64,000 nt of DNA from Planctomycetota bacterium (GTDB lineage Bacteria; Planctomycetota; Planctomycetia; Pirellulales; Pirellulaceae): positions 2,271 to 66,270 of the forward strand of contig VGZC01000015.1 of assembly GCA_016872725.1 (NCBI GenBank), given 5' to 3'. The notes under the pieces were generated by a model. It did no database searches and was not told where the DNA came from. It worked only from the letters and a program-made list of their open reading frames with translations. Position numbers and translations under genes: made by a program. Positions 9,990-20,856 of this stretch are shown here, piece by piece (position 1 is the stretch's first letter; each line of letters opens with the position of its first letter).

Positions 9990-11359
9990 CGTTCGCGCGC
10001 GGCGAGCACGACGCGTACGTCGCACACATTCGTGTGCGTGGGGCCGGTTTTGATCAGTGTTCCGAGTCTTGCGAAGAAGGGATAGGCGTCGTTCCGCGCG
10101 AGCGCGTCGTCCGCGTCCCACCCGTTCCGGACAATCTCGGCCGCGCTCGGTTCGTCGATCCACGCGCCCGCCGCGTCGGTTGGTCCGTCCTCACCGTCCG
10201 TGCCGCCGCTCAGGATGACAAGATCCTGGCATGGTGATGGAAGGCGGGATCGCGATCGGGCGAGTCGCGCGTACGCCGCGAGGACCAATTGCTGGTTGCG
10301 CCCGCCGACGCCCCGGATTTCCGGCGCGGCCAATCGGACCGTCGGCTCGCCGCCGCTGACGAGGCAATCCGGACCGTCCTCGGCCAGCATGCGTTCGGCG
10401 ATTTCCGCGAGATGCTCACCGACCGATTCGGCGTCGCCTTCGAGCCGCGTCGCGGCGATCATCGCGTGGCGGTAGCCGAGCCGTTCGGCCTCTTCGCCCG
10501 CCGCGTCGACCGCGCGCGCGATGTTCCCGATCACGCGGTTCTCGACGTGACGGACGGCGCGGGTCGGCGCCGGATCCCGCCGCGCGAGACGCTCCAGCAG
10601 ATCGGTCGCGCACGGCGCGACGCCTCGAGCGCCGAACGCGTCGAGCACGCGCAGCGCGTCCTCCGCCGTCGACGGATCGTCGACGGTCGGACCGGACGCG
10701 ATGACGTCGAGCGGATCGCCGAGCACATCGGAGATGACGAGCGTGACGAGATGGCCGGCTCGGCATCGCGCGGCGAGACGACCGCCCTTGATGCGGCTGA
10801 GGTGTTTTCGAACCGTATTCAGCTCGAGGATGTTGGCGCCCGCCGCCGCGAGATAGCGCGTGAGAGCCAGTTTGTCGTCGAGCGTGATTCCGGCGGCGGG
10901 CGCAGGAAGCAGGGCCGATCCTCCGCCGGACAGCAGGCACAGGCACAAGTCGCGCGGGCCCAGCGACTCGACGATGCGTAGGATCTCGCTCGTTCCCTCG
11001 ACGCCCCGTTCGGTCGGTTCATTCCGACCGGGCGGCCGGGCGCCGAACAACGTGATGTGGGGAAGGGGACGCACGCAGTCGTCGGGAACATTGAGCCATC
11101 CGCGAAGTTCCGGTCGGTGGCGGAGCGGATCGCCGAGCGCGTCGACGACCCCCGCGGCCATTCCCGCCCCGGCTTTCCCGCCTCCGACGACGACGATACG
11201 GTCGAGTGTGTCGAGCGGAAAGAGCAGGTCGTCGATTCGAAGGGAATCGCCGGTGACCTCGATCGCGTCCCGGACGAGCCGCGCGCTGTCGACGGCGGCG
11301 AGGCCCGCGGACCAGATGGCTCGCGCGTCGTCCCGCAATCGCCGCCAGTCGCGTTTCAT
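9986..11359 (-). CDS. glycerate kinase / hydroxypyruvate reductase-like protein (DUF4147 + MOFRL domains)
   Basis: ATG at 11359 (MKRDWRRL...); 457 aa. VVVGGGKAGAGMA near the N terminus and a C-terminal SGGTDGEDGPTDAAGA...THTNVCDVRVVL match the MOFRL glycerate 2-kinase family. Confidence 0.8.
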   Translation of the reverse strand: MKRDWRRLRDDARAIWSAGLAAVDSARLVRDAIEVTGDSLRIDDLLFPLDTLDRIVVVGGGKAGAGMAAGVVDALGDPLRHRPELRGWLNVPDDCVRPLPHITLFGARPPGRNEPTERGVEGTSEILRIVESLGPRDLCLCLLSGGGSALLPAPAAGITLDDKLALTRYLAAAGANILELNTVRKHLSRIKGGRLAARCRAGHLVTLVISDVLGDPLDVIASGPTVDDPSTAEDALRVLDAFGARGVAPCATDLLERLARRDPAPTRAVRHVENRVIGNIARAVDAAGEEAERLGYRHAMIAATRLEGDAESVGEHLAEIAERMLAEDGPDCLVSGGEPTVRLAAPEIRGVGGRNQQLVLAAYARLARSRSRLPSPCQDLVILSGGTDGEDGPTDAAGAWIDEPSAAEIVRNGWDADDALARNDAYPFFARLGTLIKTGPTHTNVCDVRVVLAARER

Positions 11360-11397
11360 CGCCAGGGCCTCGCTGTCGGATCGATCGCCGTGCCGTG

Positions 11398-13989
11398 TCA
11401 GGGCGCCGACAAATCGATGAACTGCACGGTGACTTCGTCGATCCACGCTCGTCCGACGCCTTCCAATTCCAGGCGAATGCGCAGCGCGCCGGCTTCGGGA
11501 AAGAACCGGTACAGCGTCCACTCGCGCCATTCGCTCGACGGGCCGATTCGGTCCCCCGCGATCACATCACCCGTTTGGTGGTCAAGGCGAAGCGCGACGC
11601 GGCCGTCGGCTCCCTCGACCCGCGCCCATCCGCGGATCTGAGCGAGATGTCCGCGCGGAACGGCGATCGGCGGGGATTCCATGGCCGGTCGGACGCGTTC
11701 CCATGCCTCCGACGCGAGAACGCCTTCGGAGGGAAGGCCGTCGAGCCGCAGGGACGCCCGCCCAAGCCGCGCCGCGTCCGGCACGACGGCGACACGCGTC
11801 CCGGCCGTTTCCGGAGAACGCGTCCATCCCGAGTCGAACAGGCGCGCCGAATCCTCCATGTCTCCGGCGGATAGCCGGTTCTCGGTCCAGGAACGGCCGC
11901 GGAGTCGTTCGGCCATCGCCCAATGCGCGGGCAACGACGAGAACACCGCGCAGAACGGACTCGCCGCGGGCGACGGAAACTCCCTCGCCGCCGTTTCCCA
12001 CATTTCCCGACGCACGGCCGCGAGCACGTTCATGCCCTGGCGCGTCAGGAGCTCGACCGAACGGAAATCCCGCATCGCGAGCAAACGGGACGCCTGCTCC
12101 AGGCGGATTGACGCGTCGCCCATGCGACGCGCGTGAACCCCGTCGGTGACCGGACGGCGCGAGCGGACCCGCTCAAGGAGTTCGAGCGCGAGGGCGAAGT
12201 GATCCACGGCCAGTTCCGCTCGCCGCCGTCGAGCGGACGCCGTCGATTGAATGAGCCGATTCAACGCGACGTCGTGTTGCGTCGCGACAAGACAGGCGGC
12301 GATTCCCATCTGCTCCATCTCGACGAGCACACCGCCCGCGACCCGCTCGGAACCGACCGCGCGCACCCCCGCGTCGGTCAGCTCGAAGACACCGGCCGAC
12401 GATGAGAGGAACGGGACGAGAATCGATACCGGTCGGTCCGCGTACGGAGCGACCGCGAATTGTTGTTCGGGCGCTCGCCGCATGACGACGAGCAATGTGG
12501 CGCGGTCGGTCGCGACGACATGGCCGTTCAATCGAGGATCGCCGACGTCGACGGCGCCCTCGCATCGCCCACCCGAGAGGAACGGATCGAGAACTCCCAG
12601 TTCCGTGTTGACGGCTTCCAGCGACCTCGCGCGGAATCGCGTCGCCGCCGCGTCACCGTCGAGCCGGTTCCGCGATTCAAAGAGGATACCGCGAGCTCCC
12701 GACACGGCCGCCTGAAGGGCCAAGAGGCGAACCTGTTCGCATTCCAACCAGGCGGGCCCGTCCATGGCCCCAGGACAGGCCGCCCACTGCGCGACGAGCG
12801 ACTCCGGCGGCTCCGTGGGAATGGGCACGACAAAAGGCGCGGTCTCATTCGACCCGCGGACCCGTTGCCGGATCCGACTCGCCATGTCGTCCAACTCGTC
12901 TCCCGTTCCAATCAACGGTAGCCGTGCGATGCGCATGTCGGCTTCGTCCGGATCGGTATTCGAACGGATGTCGGGTTTCCCCGCGACGAGCGGCCGCACG
13001 ACGAGCGGCTTGCCAGCGCCGGTCGGTGGAATAGGCGTTCGCGGCGAAACGTCGGACCCGAGCGGGGCACGGGTGAGGCCGAGTAGGCATGGCGGCGCGG
13101 CGTCGGACAGCTCGACCGATGAATCCGCGATGAGCCACACTCCCTCGCGCGCGGCGTCGCGCATCTGTTCGTCCGTTGCCGGACCTTCAATCCGAATGCA
13201 ATTGAACCCCAGGCCCTTGAGCCACGCGAACGGCTCACCCCGATGTTCGATGATCCGGAGAAAGAACGGTCGTTCGCCCGCGCGAAGTTCGCCGCCAACA
13301 ACGCGGACGCGCGGCAGGGAAGCCGCTCCTTCGCCCTGGGATTCGGCATCGACGACCGACGCCCGTATTTCGCCGGCGACGTCGAGATCGTCGATCCAGA
13401 CGCGCGTGTCGCCGGGCCCGCCGTAGACATTGACCACGATCATGTCGATGTACGCTTCCCGGATATCGATCGACGAACCGAATTGAAAGCGCAGGCTTGC
13501 CTCCTGTTGTTTCAGGAGCGACTCGGGGTGCTCGATGCGGAGCCGCTGCCACTGGCCGGCGTCCGCGTAGGACGCCCCTCGAAGGACCGTTCGAATCGGT
13601 TTGCCGTCGCGCGGGTGGATCGAACGCGGCAGGACGACGCTCGCGAGCATTTGGATACCCGGCCGGTCCGACCGGACCCACATCCCGATCGACAATTCAT
13701 CGATCACTCGGCACGGCGGCGCGGTGACTCCGAAATGGACGAATGTGCCCCGATCGGCCGTGATGCGCAGGAATTCGCAGCCGTGACCCGAGTGGGCCTC
13801 GTGGAATCGCCGCACATGCTCGCGCATCCGGAACACGTGGCAATCGCGGTCCAGAACGGTCCAGGTCGTCTCGGGCGATTCAAACGGTTCATTCCAATCG
13901 CCCCACGCCGTTTCCGTCCATGCGACGCAGGCCACGAAGCCGATCAGCGGCCCGATTGCACGAATTCCAAACATGGGCGAATAGACCAT
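11398..13989 (-). CDS. large secreted hypothetical protein (beta-sandwich/CBM-like modules flanking a TIM-barrel-like segment)
   Basis: ATG at 13989 (MVYSPMFGIRAIGPLIGFVACVAWTETAWG signal-like; alternative ATG at 13974). GEPFAWLKGLGFNCIRIEGPATDEQ resembles glycoside-hydrolase TIM-barrel starts. The N- and C-terminal ~180 aa look like jelly-roll binding modules. No firm family. Confidence 0.6.
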   Translation of the reverse strand: MVYSPMFGIRAIGPLIGFVACVAWTETAWGDWNEPFESPETTWTVLDRDCHVFRMREHVRRFHEAHSGHGCEFLRITADRGTFVHFGVTAPPCRVIDELSIGMWVRSDRPGIQMLASVVLPRSIHPRDGKPIRTVLRGASYADAGQWQRLRIEHPESLLKQQEASLRFQFGSSIDIREAYIDMIVVNVYGGPGDTRVWIDDLDVAGEIRASVVDAESQGEGAASLPRVRVVGGELRAGERPFFLRIIEHRGEPFAWLKGLGFNCIRIEGPATDEQMRDAAREGVWLIADSSVELSDAAPPCLLGLTRAPLGSDVSPRTPIPPTGAGKPLVVRPLVAGKPDIRSNTDPDEADMRIARLPLIGTGDELDDMASRIRQRVRGSNETAPFVVPIPTEPPESLVAQWAACPGAMDGPAWLECEQVRLLALQAAVSGARGILFESRNRLDGDAAATRFRARSLEAVNTELGVLDPFLSGGRCEGAVDVGDPRLNGHVVATDRATLLVVMRRAPEQQFAVAPYADRPVSILVPFLSSSAGVFELTDAGVRAVGSERVAGGVLVEMEQMGIAACLVATQHDVALNRLIQSTASARRRRAELAVDHFALALELLERVRSRRPVTDGVHARRMGDASIRLEQASRLLAMRDFRSVELLTRQGMNVLAAVRREMWETAAREFPSPAASPFCAVFSSLPAHWAMAERLRGRSWTENRLSAGDMEDSARLFDSGWTRSPETAGTRVAVVPDAARLGRASLRLDGLPSEGVLASEAWERVRPAMESPPIAVPRGHLAQIRGWARVEGADGRVALRLDHQTGDVIAGDRIGPSSEWREWTLYRFFPEAGALRIRLELEGVGRAWIDEVTVQFIDLSAP

Positions 13990-14288
13990 CGGTTGACGCA
14001 CCGTTTTGGCGACGGGGTGGTCGACGGGGGAACGGGCCGACCGTTCGTCGCCGCGGGACGCGTTGCAAGAAATCCACATGGCGACGGCCGACGACGACTC
14101 GATCCTAACGCGGCCTTGTATCAGGATTTGCGCGGAAACACCAGATCGGCCTGTTGACAATCGGCAACAACCGTGGGATCTTCCGTTCGAAAACGGTTCG
14201 TTCGGATGCCGGTTCCAAATCTTTTTGCGGAAAGGCTTTGCGCTGTACGCGCGACTCGCCGCGCGCGCCCCGGCACGGGGCCTGCTCT

Positions 14289-14636
14289 ATGGGATCTCTA
14301 TCCACGACGCCCGCACCTTTGAGGAGTCCCAACTTGACGACGTCGCCTCGATTTCCGACCGCGTCCCATGACGAGCTACCCCGCGATCTGCTGGACTTGG
14401 CCGAATCGATCGAGGCCCTTCCGGCGCCCTTTCGAACGAGCCTCGAACGGCTGGTCGCGCGGGTCATGGAAAGCACGCGCCGCCGCCGCCGCATCCTGGC
14501 CCTGGTTCAGGACGCGCTGAGCCAGCTTCGACTCGACATGAAGTACCTTGTCTTCGACTTGGAGGCCACGCGGCGCGAGCGGGACGAATACCGCCGCGCC
14601 TTGGAGCCGGGCGCCGATGACGACGCGCGGGCGTAA
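14289..14636 (+). CDS. small hypothetical protein, Arg-rich/coiled-coil
   Basis: ATG at 14289 within listed ORF 14154..14636; 115 aa. The C-terminal half (LERLVARVMESTRRRRRILALVQDALSQLRLDMKYLVFDLEATRRERDEYRRALE) looks helical. It is co-directional with the kinase gene 160 nt downstream. The start is uncertain. Confidence 0.4.
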   Translation: MGSLSTTPAPLRSPNLTTSPRFPTASHDELPRDLLDLAESIEALPAPFRTSLERLVARVMESTRRRRRILALVQDALSQLRLDMKYLVFDLEATRRERDEYRRALEPGADDDARA

Positions 14637-14798
14637 GGGCTCCGCCCGGTCCTGTGCGGTGCCTGGCCGAGCCGTTCGCGTTGCGACCCGGTGGCGGGTT
14701 GACTACGATAAACGAAACACGTGCCGCCCTGGCCGGATCGGAGATTCGGTGTGCCGAGGGAGAGGTGCGTGCCCCGGGCATTTGGGAGCCGCAAGCAT

Positions 14799-16310
14799 AT
14801 GTCGACCATGACGGCCGAAAAGTTTGCGCAGCGCCTCTTTGATCTCGGCCTCGCCGACAACAAACAACTGGACACGGTTTGGGGCGAGTTGGGAACTCGG
14901 TCCGTCGATCTCGATGAGTTTCTCGCCACCGCCTTGCGGCGCGAAGTTGTCACGAACTTCCAGGCCGATCGTGTCATCAAGGGTGAACGGACCGGATATT
15001 TCTATGGGAAGTACAAGGTTCTCTACCTGATCGGCGTCGGCTCGTTCGCCCGGGTCTACCGCGCGCAACATGTCGAAACGGGTCGCGTGGTTGCCGTGAA
15101 GGTGCTGCGGAAGCGGTATCGCGAGAGCCCGGTTGAGATCGATCAGTTCCTGCGCGAGGGCAAAGTCGGCGCGTCGCTCCGGCACATCAACGTCGTGCCG
15201 ATCTACGAGATCAGCGGCGATGCGCGCGAACCGTACATGGTGATGGAGTTCGTGGAAGGCCAGACGCTGCGCGACATGGTGCGGATCCGCAAGAAACTGG
15301 ATCTTCCGACGGCGCTCCGGATCATGAACGACGTGCTCGCGGGCCTTCAGTATGCGGTCGACCGAGGCATCACGCATCGCGACCTGAAGATGTCGAACGT
15401 GCTCGTGTCGAGCGCCGGCCGTTCAAAACTCGTCGACTTCGGGCTCGCCGCCGCCAAACGCGACGACAAGGAACTCGCCGATTGCCCGAACGCCCGCGCG
15501 ATCGACTACGCGGCCCTGGAACGGGGGACGGGCGTCCGAAAGGACGACGTCCGGAGCGACATCTTCTTCGCGGGGTGCCTCCTGTATCACATGATCAGCG
15601 GCCGCCCGCCTCTCTTCGAGACGAAGGATCGAATTCAGCGATTGAACATCTCCCGGTTTCGCGAGATCCCACCACTGAGCCAGCTCGAGGCGGGAACCCC
15701 CAACCACGTCGTGGCGATCGTGAACCGTGCGATCGATCTCGATCCGACCAAGCGGTATCAGTCGGCCTTCGAAATGCAGCGAGAAGTGCAAGCCTCATTG
15801 AAACGGATTGAGAACGACGGATCGTCTCCTATCGACGGAAGCGAACGCGCTTCGTCCGAAGACGATTCGGCGGTATCGGACGGCTCGGCCGCGGTCCGCG
15901 AGACGCTCGAAGGCGAAGGCCGAACGTTGATGATCATCGAAACGAATCCGGCCATGCAGGACCTCCTGCGCGAGCGGCTCAAGAAGCGCGGATACCGCGT
16001 GCTCGTCATCGGCGATCCGCAGCGCGCCATCGATCGATTCGAGGACAAGCCGGACGCGGCCGATTGCGTCCTCTTTTCCACGACCGAACTCGAGGACTCG
16101 GCGGTCGCCGCGTTCAATCGGTTCGGTCAAACGGAGACGACGCGCGACGTTCCGTGCATCCTGCTCGCGCACCAGAACCGCCCCGAGTGGATCACGGCGG
16201 CCGAAACGAAGGCGCACCGCGTCGTGCTCAAGGAGCCGAAACTCGGCGAACTCCGAGCGGCGCTGGTCCGGCTCATCCGCCAGGCGAGTTCGGCTCCCCG
16301 ATTGGCGTAG
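14799..16310 (+). CDS. Ser/Thr protein kinase with a C-terminal degenerate receiver (REC-like) domain
   Basis: ATG at 14799. Hanks kinase motifs are present: GVGSFARVY, VAVKVLRK, HRDLKMSNVLV, DFGLA. The C-terminal ~120 aa align by eye to CheY-like receivers, but the acidic pocket is replaced. Confidence 0.85.
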   Translation: MSTMTAEKFAQRLFDLGLADNKQLDTVWGELGTRSVDLDEFLATALRREVVTNFQADRVIKGERTGYFYGKYKVLYLIGVGSFARVYRAQHVETGRVVAVKVLRKRYRESPVEIDQFLREGKVGASLRHINVVPIYEISGDAREPYMVMEFVEGQTLRDMVRIRKKLDLPTALRIMNDVLAGLQYAVDRGITHRDLKMSNVLVSSAGRSKLVDFGLAAAKRDDKELADCPNARAIDYAALERGTGVRKDDVRSDIFFAGCLLYHMISGRPPLFETKDRIQRLNISRFREIPPLSQLEAGTPNHVVAIVNRAIDLDPTKRYQSAFEMQREVQASLKRIENDGSSPIDGSERASSEDDSAVSDGSAAVRETLEGEGRTLMIIETNPAMQDLLRERLKKRGYRVLVIGDPQRAIDRFEDKPDAADCVLFSTTELEDSAVAAFNRFGQTETTRDVPCILLAHQNRPEWITAAETKAHRVVLKEPKLGELRAALVRLIRQASSAPRLA

Positions 16311-16415
16311 CGCGCGTCGGCGGATTCTTCGAGCGCCCGCTTCCGGTCGTTCCGTCGCCGCGTCTTTTCGCGACGTCGGCATGGCGGCTTGATTTCAACG
16401 CCAAGGGCGGCCCCT

Positions 16416-18071
16416 TCAGACTCGGTGCGCCAAACGGTCGGCGAGCCGTTTCAGCGATTCGCTGCAGTCGTGCGGTTCAAGGTGGACGTGAATCAGGTTC
16501 ATTTGCGACCGGTCGTCCCACGCCTGGGCAATCGCCTCGAGGAATTCACCCTCGGTCCTCGCGACGTGGCCGCGACCGCCGCCGAGCAGATGAGGGAGCT
16601 CGGCGTATCGCCACGGATGGATTTCATTGAACGCCCAGTCGCCCGAGTGCAGAACGCGTTCGGTGCCATAGCCGTGGTTGTCCAGCACGATCACGATCGG
16701 ACTGAGTCCGCGCCGCACGATCGTCGAGAGCTCCATGCCGGTCATCTGGAAGGCGCCGTCGCCGCAAAGGATGAGCACACGGGAGTGAGGGCGGGCAACG
16801 AGCGCTCCGAGACCCGCGGGGACCGAGAAGCCCATCGACGTGTAGTAGGCGGGGCTGATGAAATCGGTGTGCTCCTGCGTGACCAATTCGGTGGCGGCGA
16901 AGAGCGCGTCGCCGATATCGGCGATGACGATCGTCTCCTCGTCCAATCGCTCGTTGACGCACGCGATCATCCGGCGGATCGTCAGAGGTTGCTCGCGACA
17001 CGCCTCGAAGGGAATCCGCTCCGAGCTCGGCCGCAACGCCGCGGGAACGTCGCGGGCCGCCTGTTTGGGTCGGCGCCGGATCAGTTCATCGAGGAAGTCG
17101 CCGAGCGCGACGCCCTGGTAGTTGTGGTGGTGGATCCTCAACTGCTCGCTCGTCGCGTAGATGCATCGGCCGGGATCGAGATTCGCGGTATAGATGCCCA
17201 GGTTGATGTCGGTCATGAACGCGCCCAGCACCAGGACGCAGTCGCTTTCCTCGACGAATCGGGTCACGTCGTCCCGTCCCATGGCTCCTTCATAGATGCC
17301 CACATACAACGGATGGGTCTCGCGCACCACGCTTTTCCCGAGCAACGTGGCGGCGATCGGGATCCTCGCTTGCTCGGCGAGTCGCATGAGGCGTCCCTGC
17401 AGGCCGAACCGGTGCAATTCGACTCCGGCGAGAATCACGGGCCTTTGGGCATTCGCGAGGAGGCAAACGGTCTCGTCGACCGCCTCATCCAACACGCGGC
17501 GGTCGCACGACACCTCCAAGGGATGATAGCGGTGGGCGACGTGCGGCACGATGTTGACCATGTCCCTCGGCAATTCGATGTAGACGGGCCGCTTGAACCG
17601 AACGGCCGCGTCGAGCGCGGCGTCGATGTCGCGGAAGGCGTCGACCGGGTCGGATAGTTCGGCCGCGGCGACGCAGATCTTTTCGAAGACCTCGAACTGC
17701 GTGCGGAAGTCGCGCACCTTGTGGTGCAACAGCGGGTTATTGACCCGTTCGTTCAGGCCGGGCGACCCGCTGATGACGACCACCGGCGACTTCTCCGCGT
17801 AGGCGCCCGCGATCGAATTGCAGACGCTCAACCCGCCGACGCAGTAGGTCACGCACACGACGCCGAGCCCGTGGATGCGCGCATACGAGTCGGCTGCGAA
17901 TCCTGCGCAATCCTCCCGAGTGCAACCGATGACCGAAATCGGGCTCTTTTCGAGGAGCGTGTAGAAGGAAAGCACGTAGTCGCCGGGAATGCCGAAGACA
18001 TGACGGACTCCATAGTCCCGGATCCGCTGAATCAGGTACTCGCCGATCGACGGTTGTTTCGATCTCGCCAT
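16416..18071 (-). CDS. thiamine-diphosphate-dependent alpha-keto acid decarboxylase (PDC/IPDC family)
   Basis: ATG at 18071 (MARSKQPSIGEYL...); 551 aa. FGIPGDYVL and GCTREDCAGFAADSYAR are the PDC/IPDC-type N-terminal PYR domain. A C-terminal TPP-binding GDGAFQMT...N motif is present. Confidence 0.8.
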   Translation of the reverse strand: MARSKQPSIGEYLIQRIRDYGVRHVFGIPGDYVLSFYTLLEKSPISVIGCTREDCAGFAADSYARIHGLGVVCVTYCVGGLSVCNSIAGAYAEKSPVVVISGSPGLNERVNNPLLHHKVRDFRTQFEVFEKICVAAAELSDPVDAFRDIDAALDAAVRFKRPVYIELPRDMVNIVPHVAHRYHPLEVSCDRRVLDEAVDETVCLLANAQRPVILAGVELHRFGLQGRLMRLAEQARIPIAATLLGKSVVRETHPLYVGIYEGAMGRDDVTRFVEESDCVLVLGAFMTDINLGIYTANLDPGRCIYATSEQLRIHHHNYQGVALGDFLDELIRRRPKQAARDVPAALRPSSERIPFEACREQPLTIRRMIACVNERLDEETIVIADIGDALFAATELVTQEHTDFISPAYYTSMGFSVPAGLGALVARPHSRVLILCGDGAFQMTGMELSTIVRRGLSPIVIVLDNHGYGTERVLHSGDWAFNEIHPWRYAELPHLLGGGRGHVARTEGEFLEAIAQAWDDRSQMNLIHVHLEPHDCSESLKRLADRLAHRV

Positions 18072-18204
18072 GCCTGTCGGATCGCATGACTCGTCGTGGG
18101 ATATGCCGGTTCGCGACATCGGATCGCTCCATTGGTCCGGACGGGATCGCGGACGGCGCGCGGCGCGCCTTCCGTCCTCAGCATACGGAATCCGGCGAGG
18201 GGCG

Positions 18205-18474
18205 TCAGCGCGGGTTGGGGCCGGGCCGCATCGGGTGCGACGAGCGCCGCCTCCGTCGCCGAACTTCCAGCGCGGCGAGCCAGAGCGTCAGGAATCCGCC
18301 CACGAATGCCAGCACGATCAGGCCTCGGAGGGCGTTCGGCGCGAACCGGACGCCGCCCGTTTCCGCATCGATTCCAAAAAGGCCGACACCAATCGACAAG
18401 AGCGCGCCCCACGCGAGGACACCCGCCATGACCGCGCGCAACAGGCGGTCCGAATGCGACGGAAAGTCGTTCAT
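18205..18474 (-). CDS. small 2-TM membrane protein, hypothetical
   Basis: ATG at 18474 overlaps the TGA of the upstream radical SAM gene (ATGA); 89 aa. Two hydrophobic helices (VMAGVLAWGALLSIGVGLFGI, LIVLAFVGGFLTLWLAAL) are followed by an RRRRRR tail. Confidence 0.55.
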   Translation of the reverse strand: MNDFPSHSDRLLRAVMAGVLAWGALLSIGVGLFGIDAETGGVRFAPNALRGLIVLAFVGGFLTLWLAALEVRRRRRRSSHPMRPGPNPR

Positions 18475-19412
18475 GGTCCTTCCTCCAGACGGTCGTCCCA
18501 CAGGCCCGGTCCCCGACCGCGATCCGCTTCCGGAACCACACCGGAAAACGGCCTCGCCGGAATGCCCGACTCCCGCTCGATGCGTTCGCGGATCTCCTCG
18601 AGTTCTTCGTCGTGAAGCGGCGCGACGAACGACTCGGCGGGCCGGCGCGCCACCGTGTACACCTGGACATATCGGATCCGGCCTCCACCGGCAAGGAACG
18701 AGCAGAGCCTCCGGATGTAGGCGTCGATCTCTCGGGAAGACGGACGCGCGTCGCGATACCGCAGGAAGAGCGACTGGATGACGACGGGCCGATCGGTCGC
18801 GGTCCGCAGGATGTTCCGTACGATCTGGTCGAACGGAACGGGCGTCCGGTTGATCCGCGCGAAATACTCGGCGGTTCCCGCGTCGAGTTTGGCCCAGATT
18901 TCGCCGTGGTTTCGGTCGAGCACGCTGAGGCCTCGGAGCACGTGCGGACGGTGCAGCATGCTCGCGTTGGTGATCAGGATCATCGGAAGCGATGGGACGC
19001 GCGCACGCTTGATGTCGGCGCACCGCTCGATGACCTCGTCGAAGTTGACATGGGTCGTGGGTTCGCCGTCGCCGGAGAACGCGAGATCGGATAGCCGTCG
19101 CAGCGAGGCGGGCGTGTCGCGGAACGCCTCGTGCTCGAAAATCGCGCCGCTCGCGCAATACGGGACCATCCAAGCCAATTCGTCGATCAACCCGTCCAGG
19201 TCGACAAAACGCGTGTCACCCGGCACGCTCCGATCGACCTGGCAGTAGACGCAGTCGAAGTTGCAGACCTTGTCGGGGTTCAGGTTCACTCCGATCGAAA
19301 GTCCTTGACTCCTCCGACTGATCACCGGGTAGACGAACCGGTTCGCTTCGAACCGTCGTTCGTGGCGCGAGAAGAAGTCGTTCGGCTCGGAGGCGGCCAT
19401 CGGCGCGCTCAT
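18471..19412 (-). CDS. radical SAM protein, function unknown
   Basis: 313 aa with a CX3CX2C cluster motif (CNFDCVYC) and a GDGEPT glycine-rich SAM motif. No SPASM or other C-terminal Cys cluster is visible. Confidence 0.8.
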   Translation of the reverse strand: MSAPMAASEPNDFFSRHERRFEANRFVYPVISRRSQGLSIGVNLNPDKVCNFDCVYCQVDRSVPGDTRFVDLDGLIDELAWMVPYCASGAIFEHEAFRDTPASLRRLSDLAFSGDGEPTTHVNFDEVIERCADIKRARVPSLPMILITNASMLHRPHVLRGLSVLDRNHGEIWAKLDAGTAEYFARINRTPVPFDQIVRNILRTATDRPVVIQSLFLRYRDARPSSREIDAYIRRLCSFLAGGGRIRYVQVYTVARRPAESFVAPLHDEELEEIRERIERESGIPARPFSGVVPEADRGRGPGLWDDRLEEGP

Positions 19413-19422
19413 GGGACGGCGA

Positions 19423-19697
19423 TCAGGGGGCCGGGATGCGCCGCAGTTCGCAAAAGGGATCGATCGCGACGGTCGTCAATTCCCCGGAGTCCTTCCGGAG
19501 CACGATCAGGTCGGCGAAGACCTTGTCGTCCGAGTTCCGCTGGTAGTGGCATCCATCGCGGCGTCGATCGATCGACACGACCGTGCCGGTGACTTCGCAT
19601 TCCCAGCCTCGGAAACCCACCTTGAGATGGTGCCGCAGACGGACCCGGTCGCCCGGTCGCAGGCCCCGCCACACCTCGAACGTCTCGTCGCGCGCCG

Positions 19698-19701
<4 letters not shown>
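19423..19701 (-). CDS. small hypothetical protein (92 aa)
   Basis: ATG at 19701 overlaps the ilvC TGA (ATGA). It stops 10 nt before the radical SAM start. Beta-rich composition; no family recognised. Confidence 0.5.
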
Positions 19702-20714
<1,013 letters not shown>

Positions 20715-20856
20715 AATGATGGCAACTCCTCGGATCAAACAGGACGGACGGATCGGATAGGATGGGCAAGGCCGAAATCGAACCTATCGTTCGGAAGCAC
20801 GCTCCCGGGTAGCACGACCACGGCCGGGAACCCCTTCGCAACGCCGCGCGGCCTGG

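Noticed and set aside
16416-18071. Reading the TPP enzyme as the missing acetolactate synthase large subunit (ilvB)
   Set aside because: The N-terminal FGIPGDYVL block and the overall pattern are those of the PDC/IPDC decarboxylase family, not the FGYPGGA block of AHAS. The gene is also separated from ilvH by five genes.
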